Origin: Alphaproteobacteria bacterium
Lineage (GTDB): Bacteria > Pseudomonadota > Alphaproteobacteria > UBA2136 > UBA6156
Length of the DNA: 64,000 bases
Assembly (NCBI GenBank): GCA_036261915.1
Contig: DATAJX010000006.1
Span: forward strand, 23,546 to 87,545
Direction: 5' to 3'
Below the pieces are notes generated by a model that ran no database searches, was not told where the DNA came from, and saw only the letters and a program-made list of their open reading frames with translations. The stretch's first letter is position 1; the number at the start of each line of letters is the position of its first letter. Positions 1-8,717 of the stretch are shown piece after piece. Made by a program: the position numbers and the translations under genes.

Positions 1-656
1 GTTCCCGGTTCGGGCGTGCCCTGGGCCGGCACCTCAATCTCGTCGCGCCACACCTCGCCGCGCATGGCCTGCGCCAACCCGCCGTACAGGCTCGAGCGCG
101 TCAGCCACGGCAGCGCCTGCTGCAACTCGTGCCCGGCGGGCTCCTCCACTTTCAAAAACTGCCGCGCGGCCTGGTTGGCACGGGAAATACGCCCGTCGCG
201 CCCCACCACCAGCCATACGTCGGCGCCGTCTTCCATCAGCTTGTCAAAGGCCTCGCGCGCCATGCCCCAGTGGCCGCCGCTCGATTTCTCGTTATCCTGC
301 AGCGTCTCGATGAATTTTTCCTGGCTGTGCATCTTGGTCAGGTACATGGCCAGTTCCTCGTCGCTGGCACGGCGGATGAACAACGCGGTGAACACCGCTC
401 CGAACACCGGTATCATCCATAGCAGCCACTGCTGGCTCAGCATGAACAGGTAAAATTTTCCCTGCAGCAACACCTGCTGCTGCAACGGCAGCGCGCTGCC
501 CGCGGGCGGTGTGGCGCCTTGCCAAAAGCTGTTGGCCAGGTCGGCCACCGCGGGCAACGGGAACAGCCGCTGGCCTTCCACCGCCAGCACCAGCACCACG
601 GCAGTCGCCATGGCACCCAGCACCCCGGTGATGATCTTGTTTAAAAGAAGCGGCAT
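1..656 (-). CDS. PAS-domain membrane sensor protein, N-terminal part. The gene continues past the window start; it is absent from the ORF track because it runs off the edge.
   Basis: My own reverse-strand translation from the ATG at ~656 is open to position 1: MPLLLNKIITGVLGAMATAVVLVLAVEGQRLFPLP... It has two hydrophobic segments followed by a PAS-like region (WLVVGRDGRISRANQAARQFL). There is an in-frame stop 9 nt upstream of the ATG. The gene is divergent from dsbD. Confidence 0.6.
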   Translation of the reverse strand, partial: MPLLLNKIITGVLGAMATAVVLVLAVEGQRLFPLPAVADLANSFWQGATPPAGSALPLQQQVLLQGKFYLFMLSQQWLLWMIPVFGAVFTALFIRRASDEELAMYLTKMHSQEKFIETLQDNEKSSGGHWGMAREAFDKLMEDGADVWLVVGRDGRISRANQAARQFLKVEEPAGHELQQALPWLTRSSLYGGLAQAMRGEVWRDEIEVPAQGTPEPG

Positions 657-722
657 CTTTATTTAAGCTCTGTTATTCACTACAATGTAACAAACAATCT
701 CCTCCAATATAAGAGAGTACCC

Positions 723-2735
723 ATGACCCGCCTTATTCTGTTGCTGCTGCTGTGTGCCACCGCCATCACCAATGCGTTCGCCGCCCCGGGCCAAACCGAG
801 TGGGTGAGCACCGACGCCATCCATTCGCAACTGGTGGCCAGCAACACCAGCGTGCGCGCGGGCCAAACCTTTGGCGTGGCGTGGCACATCAAAACCGAAC
901 CCAAGTGGCACGTGTACTGGAGCAACCCGGGAGACTCCGGCCTGCCGCCCACCATCAATCCGGGCGAAGGTTTCAAGGCCGGGCCGCTCACCTTCCCCAC
1001 GCCCAAGCTCATCAGCACGCCGCCGGTCACCAATTACGGCTACGAGCACGAAGTGATCCTCACCGCGCAGGTCACGGCACCCGCCACCCTGCCCGCGGGC
1101 AAAACCACCCTGCCGGTGGCGCTCACCTACCTGTATTGCAGCGACGAAGTGTGCATGCCCGGCCGCATCAACACCAGCCTCGAACTTGAAAGCACGCTGG
1201 GCGAACCGCAAGCCAACCCCGCCTATGCCGACCTGCAAAAAACCCAGGCCCCCACGCTGCCGCAGCAACTGCCCGCGGGCGCCAACCTGGCGGCCTCGCT
1301 CAGCGGCAACACCTTCAGCCTCACCTTCAGCCCGGCGGCCTTCGGCAAGGTCGAGAGCGTCCGCTTCCTGCCCGCCGAAGACGGCATGATCCAGGACAGC
1401 GGCCCCCAAACCTATGCCAACGGCACACTCACCTTCAGCACCGACCCGCAAAGCACCACGCCGCCCACCACCCTGCGCGGCCTGCTGGTGGTGAACGGCA
1501 GCGGCTATGTCATCGAAAAACTCCCTCTCACCGCGCCGGTGGCCACCGCTCCGGCGGGGGCCGCGCCCGCCACGACCGGTGTGGGCGGGCTTTTTTTTGC
1601 GCTGCTGTCGGCCTTCATTGCCGGGCTTATCCTTAACCTGATGCCCTGCGTCATGCCGGTGCTGGCGCTCAAGGCCTTCGCGCTTTTAAAGGGGCACGAA
1701 AACCGCGCCGCCAGCATCCGCCACGCCACCGGCTATACGCTGGGCGTGGTCGGCACCTTCCTTGTTCTGGGCGGCCTTACGCTGGCGCTGCAGCAGGCCG
1801 GGCACGGCATCGGCTGGGGCTTCCAGTTGCAGCAGCCGCTGTTCGTGGCGGGGCTGTGCGCGCTCATGCTCACGCTCGCGCTCAGCTTTTTCGGTGTCAT
1901 CGAGGTCGGCAGCAGCCTTACCCGTTTGGGCCACACCGGCCGCAGCCAGCATTTCACGAATGATATTGCCACCGGCATCCTCGCCGTGGTGGTGGCCACG
2001 CCCTGCACCGTGCCGTTCATGGGCGGCGCCGTGGCCTTTGCCCTTACCCAGCACCCGGCGGTGTCGCTGGCGGTGTTCGCCGCGCTGGGCCTTGGCCTTG
2101 CCGCGCCGCTGGTGGCCATCACGTTGCTGCCCGGCCTGGGCCGCCTGCTGCCCAAACCCGGCGCGTGGCTCGCAAGCTTCAAGCAACTGCTCGGCTGGCC
2201 GCTGCTGGCCACCGCGCTGTGGCTGCTGTGGGTGTACCATAACCAAACCGACGCCCTGCACTTCTTTACCCTGCTGGCGGCGCTGCTGGCGTTCTCGTTC
2301 GGCCTGTGGCTGTACGGCCGCCGCCCGCAACTGTGGCGCTTGGCACTGCTCGCCGTGCTCGGCATCGGCGGCGCCTATGCCGTCACCATGCCGCCCATGC
2401 CCACCGCCAATTGGCAGGAGTGGAGCGAAACCGAAGTCAACGCCCTGCGCCCGCACCGCCCGGTGTTCGTCGATTTCACGGCCGACTGGTGCCTCAGCTG
2501 CAAGGTGAACGAAGCCACCGTGCTCAACACCACCCGCACGCAGGCGCTGTTTGCCCAAAAGAACGTGGCGCTGTTCAAGGCCGACTGGACCATGCAGAAC
2601 GCCGACATCAGCGCCGAACTGGCCAAACACGGCCGCCGCGGCGTACCGCTGTACCTGCTGTATGTGCCGGGGAAGGACGCGCAGATACTCCCGCAGATCC
2701 TCACCTACGGCGAGATCGAAAAGGCTTTCAACTAA
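723..2735 (+). CDS. dsbD: Thiol:disulfide interchange protein DsbD (protein-disulfide reductase)
   Basis: 670 aa with a signal peptide. The N-terminal domain has the YLYCSDEVCMP Cys pair, the membrane core has the CVMPVL and TPCTVPFM motifs, and the C-terminal thioredoxin domain has a WCLSCK (CXXC) motif. Confidence 0.9.
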   Translation: MTRLILLLLLCATAITNAFAAPGQTEWVSTDAIHSQLVASNTSVRAGQTFGVAWHIKTEPKWHVYWSNPGDSGLPPTINPGEGFKAGPLTFPTPKLISTPPVTNYGYEHEVILTAQVTAPATLPAGKTTLPVALTYLYCSDEVCMPGRINTSLELESTLGEPQANPAYADLQKTQAPTLPQQLPAGANLAASLSGNTFSLTFSPAAFGKVESVRFLPAEDGMIQDSGPQTYANGTLTFSTDPQSTTPPTTLRGLLVVNGSGYVIEKLPLTAPVATAPAGAAPATTGVGGLFFALLSAFIAGLILNLMPCVMPVLALKAFALLKGHENRAASIRHATGYTLGVVGTFLVLGGLTLALQQAGHGIGWGFQLQQPLFVAGLCALMLTLALSFFGVIEVGSSLTRLGHTGRSQHFTNDIATGILAVVVATPCTVPFMGGAVAFALTQHPAVSLAVFAALGLGLAAPLVAITLLPGLGRLLPKPGAWLASFKQLLGWPLLATALWLLWVYHNQTDALHFFTLLAALLAFSFGLWLYGRRPQLWRLALLAVLGIGGAYAVTMPPMPTANWQEWSETEVNALRPHRPVFVDFTADWCLSCKVNEATVLNTTRTQALFAQKNVALFKADWTMQNADISAELAKHGRRGVPLYLLYVPGKDAQILPQILTYGEIEKAFN

Positions 2736-2765
2736 CTGATTTATAAAAACAAAAACGTCTGATAC

Positions 2766-2794
2766 TTGACAAAAAAGCCAGGCCGCCCAATATT
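2766..2794 (+). promoter_or_regulatory. Putative sigma70 promoter (TTGACA-17-AATATT) driving a structured ~105-nt leader and the small ORF
   Basis: TTGACA at 2766-2771, a 17-nt spacer, and AATATT at 2789-2794. The leader contains a nested hairpin, gtggca(agccatcgaacgatgggt)gccac. Confidence 0.3.
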
Positions 2795-2900
2795 CGTTTT
2801 AGCCAAGTGGCAAGCCATCGAACGATGGGTGCCACTGCACCTCACCGTTTGCCATTTGGTTTTCGCCCGCAAGGGTTGTTTCAAACTCAGGGAGATTTCC

Positions 2901-2999
2901 ATGTCCGCTCGTTATGGCCCGCACCACAACGCCCAGAGCAAAATTTTGGCCCCGACCGCCATCTCCTCGATCCTCGTCGGCGCCGTCGCGATCCACTGA
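2901..2999 (+). CDS. Small hypothetical protein (32 aa, hydrophobic C-terminus), on its own transcription unit
   Basis: MSARYGPHHNAQSKILAPTAISSILVGAVAIH. An AGGGAG Shine-Dalgarno sequence lies 7 nt upstream, a sigma70-like promoter sits about 110 nt upstream, and a strong terminator lies 50 nt downstream. Confidence 0.4.
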   Translation: MSARYGPHHNAQSKILAPTAISSILVGAVAIH

Positions 3000-3048
3000 T
3001 CGATCAACGTGCCCGACACTTACTCCAACCCCGCCACGGATGTGGTAC

Positions 3049-3075
3049 GGCCCCTCTCCCGAGGGGCCGTTTTTT
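3049..3075 (+). terminator. Rho-independent terminator
   Basis: ggcccctctcccgaggggcc stem followed by tttttat. Confidence 0.7.
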
Positions 3076-3505
3076 ATTGCCCTACGGCCACGCGCCAACC
3101 GGCGCCCATCTTGTGGCGCGCGGCCCAGCCGCCGTTCACTTCCAGCACCAGGTCGATCGCATCCGGCGGGCTTATCACCGTCTCGTCCATCGGCTTGGCA
3201 TCGGGCGCCACCGCCACCACCTGACCGCCGCGGGCAAAAATAATATCGAGCGATATCAGCGTATCCTTCATCCAGAAACCCACCTTCTCGGCCTGCGGCC
3301 ACACAAACACCATGCCTTCGTCGGCACCCAGCTGCTTGCGGTTCATCAGGCCCACCTCGCGCAGCTTGGGGGTGTCGGCCACTTCGGCCTTGATGACTTC
3401 ACGCTCGCCATGCGGTCCGATCAACGTCACGCTGGTGGTGCGCAGCGCCGTGGCGGCAAAGGCGCCGTTGGCCAAAAGCATCAGGCCCAATAGCAGGGTC
3501 TTCAT
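3074..3505 (-). CDS. DUF192 domain periplasmic protein
   Basis: Signal peptide. Contains the EVADTPKLREVGLMNR...GMVFVW...FWMKDTLISLDIIF motifs typical of DUF192/COG1430. Overlaps the upstream gene by 1 nt, so the two are likely an operon. Confidence 0.7.
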   Translation of the reverse strand: MKTLLLGLMLLANGAFAATALRTTSVTLIGPHGEREVIKAEVADTPKLREVGLMNRKQLGADEGMVFVWPQAEKVGFWMKDTLISLDIIFARGGQVVAVAPDAKPMDETVISPPDAIDLVLEVNGGWAARHKMGAGWRVAVGQ

Positions 3506-6366
3506 TATTTTTTGCTCCTTCCATCAACAACATCGGGCTTGGGCGCGCTGCCGCCGGTCAGGCCGCGGAAGATCCCCTTCAGCAGCCCGGGCGTGATCAC
3601 GCTCAGCGGGCGCACGGTAATGTCCGGCGCGTCGGCGCTGCCCTTCAGTTTAAAGTCGGCCACCACCACGCCGTCCTGCCCGCCGGTCAGCAGCGTGCCC
3701 AGCAGCGGAATCTGCCCCACCAGCCGGTTGAACGGAATGGCAGGCGCCATCTGGCCGTCAATGTTCATGGTGCGGGTGGCGCGGTTATACACGCCGTTCA
3801 GCCGCAGGCTCATGCTCGGGCCTTCCATGGTCACGTTATCAATAAAGATGTTGTCGCCATCAAACCGCAGCGGAATGGCCGCATTGTCAAACAGCACGCT
3901 GTCGCCGCCGGCCAGCAGCTGGGTCAGGCTCAGCATGCCCAGCAGGCGCACCAGCACCGGCGGGTTGGCCAATTCAAACTTCCGCATCTGCAACACGCCC
4001 GAAGCCACGTCGGGCGAATCGTAGTTGATCTCGCCGAACACCTGCCCGCCGCGCAGGTCCTTATAGGCGCCAATGCCGCGCAGCAGCTTGCCCGCGTTAT
4101 CAATATTGATGGCCAGCTTGCGGCGGCCGTCGGCGCCCTTGCTGCTGATCACGTTCACCTGGTTGTTGCCGTCAACCTTGGCGGTAAAGGTGTTTATCTC
4201 CCAACGCCCGGCACGCGCCACAACCTCGGCGGTCAGGTTGCGCATGCTGGCCTCGCGGGTTTTCAGCTCTTCCAGCTTCACGCTCACGTTCATGTTCTTC
4301 ACCGTGCTTTCGCTGGTGCTGGTGCTGAACAGGTCGATGGCGCTCAGGTCCAGCTTTTTGCCGGTAATGCTCAGCGTGTCGCCGTTCATCTCCAGCTTGG
4401 CGCTGCTCGGCGCGGTCCACACCACCTGCCCTTTCAGGTTGGCGCCAAAGGTGGCCAGCGCATCGGCCAGGGTGGCTTCCAGGTTCTGGCCGCCCATTTG
4501 GCCCTTGGCTTTAATGGCCATCTTGTCGGCGCCGATTTTAAAATTCCCCTCGCTCACCTGCAGCGGCGGCAACGGCAGGTCTTCCACCTTGTCCAGGGTC
4601 ACGTCGCGAATGTTGCTGTCCACCGCCATCATCGCATCTTCCGGCGTCGTTTCCTTGCCGCGCACAAACGGCACGGTCACACTAATGCCCGTGCTGTGCG
4701 TGCCCGCGCTCACAACCGGCATGTCCTTTTTCAGCCAGCCGCCCAACCCTTTCAGCAGGGGGCTCAGCGGGCCGTTCACCGTGCCGCTCACGATCACGTC
4801 GGTGGGCCCGGGGGTGAACAGGTTGGTGATCTGTATCTCGGCGCCCTCCACGTTCTGCGGGCCGTTGGCGGCGGTGCCCATTTTGGTGGGGCCGATGTTG
4901 AACACCAGCGCATCGCCGCGCATTTCGCCGGTGCCGCTCACATCGCCCACAGGGCCCAGCGCGTCGGCAAAGGTGGCCTTGCCCTTCACAATGTTCAGCC
5001 GAAGCTTCAACCCGCAGGCGCTGCCGCAATACGGCATGTCGCCGGGGTGGCCGTTATAGTTCAGCACCAGGTTGGCATACCTGGCGTCGGCAATGTTCTT
5101 GCGCAAAAACGGCATGGCCACGTCCAGCCGCTTGTCGGGTAAAAAGTCGAAGATGCGCTGCGCATCGCCACCGGCGGTATAAGCCACAATGCTCACCAGC
5201 GGGCCCCTTCCATTCGTGGGGCCGGTCACCCCCTGCACCCAGCCCTTGGCATGAATGTTCTCGATGCCTTTGTACACCGCTTCCACGTCATGCAACGTCA
5301 GCAAATCGGTCGGGCTGGCCTGGTAACTGGCCGTCAACGTCAAGCGGTCGAACTTGATACTGTGGCTGAATTCCGAAGGCGGGGTAAAGGTAATGTCGCG
5401 CAACCGCAGCGTGATCCACGGCTGGCCCAGCCGGTTGTTGCGGTCAAGGGTGGTGCCCACCTCCACGTTGCCTTCGGCGCGCATCAGGTCGCTCACCGGC
5501 TTGGGCAGGTAGTCGGCGATCAGGTCCACGTCGGCGCTGCCAAAACGGGCGCGTATCTCGGCCGTGTCGGCGTCCTCGGCGTGGTCGAACGTCACCAGCA
5601 CCGGCAGGCGGCGTTCGTGGCCGTCGGCGGCACGGCGGCGCACTTCGGCCACCAAACTGCCGTGCTCGCCGCCGTCATCGGTCTTGCCTAAATCAACCGT
5701 GGCATCCTGCATGATCCAGTCGGTGTTCTGCACATTGTCGCGCAGCAGCAGAGTCAGGCCCGTCACCTTCACGCTGCTCAGCCAACCCCAGGTATCGTTG
5801 GCGCCCATGCCGTTCAAAAAGCCCACCACGCCCAAACCCTTACTGGGCTTGGCTGCCGCGCCGCCCACGTTCAACCCGGCAATGCTTATCTCATTCTCGT
5901 CGCGCACCACGCGCAAGGTCACGTTCTGGGCTTCCACCGTGCGTGGCGCGATCTTAAAGCGGAACAGCGAACTGCGCGAAAACCGCACCGCCGCCTGCTC
6001 GATCACCACCGCCAGCGTGCCGTCACCGCCGCGCAGGCGCAGGTCGCTGGCGCGCAGCACAATGCCCTTGTCGTAAAACATCTCCAGCCCGCTGGCGCTC
6101 AGCTTGGCGCCGTCGCCCAGCATCTTCTCGATGCTCGGCAGCCAGCCGCTCAGGCTCACGGGTTTGGTAATCGGGTGCGCCTGCTGAAGCCATAGCACAC
6201 CACCCACCACGCCGGTCACGATCACCAGCATCAGCAGCGCAAACACACGGCCGATCCACAGCATGCACACGTGCGGCACCAGCAGCGCCAGGTTGCGGCG
6301 CACGGGCTTGATAAGCTTCTGCTCGGCCAGCTTTTTGATCGGCTTGAGCGGGTTGTTAGTCTTCAC
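3505..6366 (-). CDS. Large AsmA-like / YhdP-like outer-membrane biogenesis family protein (N-terminal TM anchor, 953 aa)
   Basis: GTG start with GGGGAG 6 nt upstream. It has a single N-terminal TM helix followed by a long beta-rich periplasmic body, matching the architecture and size of AsmA-family proteins. Confidence 0.5.
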   Translation of the reverse strand: MKTNNPLKPIKKLAEQKLIKPVRRNLALLVPHVCMLWIGRVFALLMLVIVTGVVGGVLWLQQAHPITKPVSLSGWLPSIEKMLGDGAKLSASGLEMFYDKGIVLRASDLRLRGGDGTLAVVIEQAAVRFSRSSLFRFKIAPRTVEAQNVTLRVVRDENEISIAGLNVGGAAAKPSKGLGVVGFLNGMGANDTWGWLSSVKVTGLTLLLRDNVQNTDWIMQDATVDLGKTDDGGEHGSLVAEVRRRAADGHERRLPVLVTFDHAEDADTAEIRARFGSADVDLIADYLPKPVSDLMRAEGNVEVGTTLDRNNRLGQPWITLRLRDITFTPPSEFSHSIKFDRLTLTASYQASPTDLLTLHDVEAVYKGIENIHAKGWVQGVTGPTNGRGPLVSIVAYTAGGDAQRIFDFLPDKRLDVAMPFLRKNIADARYANLVLNYNGHPGDMPYCGSACGLKLRLNIVKGKATFADALGPVGDVSGTGEMRGDALVFNIGPTKMGTAANGPQNVEGAEIQITNLFTPGPTDVIVSGTVNGPLSPLLKGLGGWLKKDMPVVSAGTHSTGISVTVPFVRGKETTPEDAMMAVDSNIRDVTLDKVEDLPLPPLQVSEGNFKIGADKMAIKAKGQMGGQNLEATLADALATFGANLKGQVVWTAPSSAKLEMNGDTLSITGKKLDLSAIDLFSTSTSESTVKNMNVSVKLEELKTREASMRNLTAEVVARAGRWEINTFTAKVDGNNQVNVISSKGADGRRKLAINIDNAGKLLRGIGAYKDLRGGQVFGEINYDSPDVASGVLQMRKFELANPPVLVRLLGMLSLTQLLAGGDSVLFDNAAIPLRFDGDNIFIDNVTMEGPSMSLRLNGVYNRATRTMNIDGQMAPAIPFNRLVGQIPLLGTLLTGGQDGVVVADFKLKGSADAPDITVRPLSVITPGLLKGIFRGLTGGSAPKPDVVDGRSKK

Positions 6367-6382
6367 GCTGGCTCCCCACCAA

Positions 6383-6666
6383 GGCCTGATAAAGAAGGAT
6401 TTTTAGGTGTTTGTGGCCAGCCAAACGCCGAAGCGGAGCGTTCGGTTTGTGTTTTGGACGACGACGCGCAGCGGGACTGCGCGAGGAGGAGAAAACCGAA
6501 CCGGGCGGCATTTGGCTGAGCCACCCGAAGGGCACGGGCCAAAACGGCTCCCCGTACCGTCTTGTCGGGCTTATGCAGGCCATGCAGCACCGTGCCCTCC
6601 GCGCCGCCACGGGATAGCCGTTTATGGCCTCGTGCAAACATCCTAAAAATCCTTCTTTATCAGGCC
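6383..6666. repeat. ~31-bp inverted repeat pair (6383-6413 and 6635-6666) enclosing a ~220-bp structured intergenic segment
   Basis: ggcctgataaagaaggatttttaggtgtttg against caaacatcctaaaaatccttctttatcaggcc, which differ by one indel. The right copy encodes the prfB C-terminus (GLIKKDF*). Confidence 0.7.
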
Positions 6667-7753
6667 ATCGGCCAGTGCGGCACGAATGAACCGGTCGATC
6701 TTGCCGTCCAGCACACCGGTGGTGTCACTGGTTTCCTCGGCGGTGCGCAGGTCCTTCACCATCTGGTAGGGGTGCAGCACGTAACTGCGTATCTGGTGCC
6801 CCCAGCCGATGTCGGTCTTGGCGTCCTCCAGCGCGCTTTGCGCGGCCTCGCGCTTGCGCAGTTCAATGTCGTACAGCCGGGCCTTCAGCATGTTCATGGC
6901 AATTTCGCGGTTGCGGTGCTGGCTGCGGTCCTGCTGGCTGGCCGCCACGGTGTTGGTGGGGATGTGCGTGATGCGCACCGCGCTTTCCACCTTGTTCACG
7001 TTCTGGCCGCCGGGCCCGCTGGCGCGGTAGGTATCAATGCGCAGGTCGGCCGGGTTGATCTGGATGTCGATGTTGTCGTCCACTTCGGGGTAGGCGAACA
7101 CGCTGGCAAAGCTGGTGTGGCGGCGGGCGTTGCTGTCAAAGGGGCTGATGCGCACCAGCCGGTGCACGCCGCTTTCGGTCTTGCTCATGCCGTAGGCGTA
7201 ATCGCCCTGAATGAAGATGGTGGCGTTCTTGATGCCCGCCTGCTCGCCCTCGGCCTGGTCGATGATGCTCACCTTAAAACCCTGGCGCTCGGCCCAGCGC
7301 ATGTACATGCGCAGCAGCATGGCGGCCCAGTCGCAACTTTCGGTGCCGCCGGCCCCGGCGTGCACTTCAATAAAGGCGTTGTTGATGTCGGCCTCGCCGC
7401 CCAGCAAACACTGGGTTTCCAGTTTGTCGGCCTCTTCCAGCAAAGCCGAAAGCTCCTTCGCCCCCTCCTCAACGCTGGCGGCATCGTTCTCGGCTTCGCC
7501 CAGTTCCAGCAGCGTCACGGCGTCGTCCAGCTTGCGGCGCACGGCATCGTACTGCCCCAGCGTCACTTCAATGCGGCGTTTTTCCTGCATCACTTCTTTG
7601 GCGGCGGCAGGGTCGCTCCACAGGTCGGCGCTGGCGGCCCGGGTTTCCAATTCGGCTAAACGTTCACGCGCGGCGGCAGGGTCAAAGACGCCTCCCGAGC
7701 AGGTGTAAAACCTGCTCCACTTTTTCCACAATCTGCTTGTGTTCGGCCTGCAT
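6643..7753 (-). CDS. prfB: Peptide chain release factor 2, expressed through a programmed +1 ribosomal frameshift
   Basis: Frame 0 reads MQAEHKQIVEKVEQVLHLLGRRL, then CTT TGA C. After the +1 shift it continues DPAAARERLAELE... through the GGQ motif (RASGPGGQNVNKVESAVRITHIPT) to the stop at 6643. The ORF track shows only the downstream frame (6643..7731). Confidence 0.9.
7681..7687 (-). other. prfB +1 frameshift site CTT TGA C, with an upstream SD-like GGGAGG
   Basis: The minus strand reads ...CTC GGG AGG CGT CTT TGA C..., the canonical RF2 autoregulatory frameshift cassette. Confidence 0.85.
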
Positions 7754-7850
7754 GGTGTTTTCTACACCAAAGCCAACCGCACGCCAACGCCAAGTACATA
7801 AAAAGGCGGCCGATTTTACAATCAGCCGCCCCAGCCACTCTCCCTGCCCC

Positions 7851-8702
7851 CTAAGCCTGCGTGCGGCTTGCCTGCGTGCTGGCCCCGGCGGCCAGCTCGG
7901 CACCGGTCAGGCTGCCGTTGCCGTCGCTGTCAAGCCGGGCAAACAGGTCGGCCAGGCTTTGCGAATGGTTGCCATAACTGTCCAGCGCCAGCTTCTGCAT
8001 CACCGTATCGGTCACGGTGCCCCACGCCACCACCTTGCCGGTGGCAGCCTCGGTCAACGTAAAGGTCTGGCTTTCGCTAGCCTCAACCCCCACCCCGTCG
8101 CGGCCATCAAGCAAAGCACCAAATTCATCGACACTCAGGCTGCCGCTGCGGTCGCCGTCGGCGCTGTCGGCCATCATCTGCCAGGCGGCGTTCAGGCCCT
8201 TGCCCAAGGCCTTCTGCTCCTGCGTCATGGGGCCGGTCTGCTGGCCGCCGTTGTTGGTGGGCGGGCCTTCATTACCACCCAGCTGCGCAATCGCGGCCTG
8301 AAGGTCCGGCATCAGCACCATCCCGGCAGGCGCACCGGTAATAACGGCGGCCCCACCCTCGCCTTTCTTGGCAGCCTCTACGGCGGCCCGGCTGGCATCC
8401 ATGGCTTCCTGCCACTGGTCAACCACATAGCCTTTCAGCTCATCCAGCGACACCTTTCCGTCGCCATCAACGTCAGCCTTGGCAAACGCGTCGGCGGGCA
8501 TTTTCGCCGCACCGGGCTTCACCGGCATCAGCAAACTCAAGGCCCCGGCGGCGGCGGCAAATTCCTGCTGGTTCAGCTGGCCGTCGCCGTCCTTGTCGGC
8601 GTTCTTGATGATCTTCTCAAGCGCCTCGGTCAGGTTCGAAGGCTTCTTTTCAGTCTGCTGGGTGGGCGGCATCAAGCCGGTGCCGCTAACGCTTCCTACC
8701 AT
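7851..8702 (-). CDS. EF-hand calcium-binding domain protein (paralog 1)
   Basis: Three canonical EF-hand loops: DKDGDGQLNQQEF, DVDGDGKVSLDEL and DSDGNGSLTGAEL. No signal peptide. Confidence 0.75.
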   Translation of the reverse strand: MVGSVSGTGLMPPTQQTEKKPSNLTEALEKIIKNADKDGDGQLNQQEFAAAAGALSLLMPVKPGAAKMPADAFAKADVDGDGKVSLDELKGYVVDQWQEAMDASRAAVEAAKKGEGGAAVITGAPAGMVLMPDLQAAIAQLGGNEGPPTNNGGQQTGPMTQEQKALGKGLNAAWQMMADSADGDRSGSLSVDEFGALLDGRDGVGVEASESQTFTLTEAATGKVVAWGTVTDTVMQKLALDSYGNHSQSLADLFARLDSDGNGSLTGAELAAGASTQASRTQA

Positions 8703-8717
8703 GGCTATACTCTCCTT

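Noticed and set aside
6562-7659. 365-aa plus-strand ORF opposite prfB
   Set aside because: Antisense to prfB, which is confirmed by its frameshift cassette and GGQ motif.
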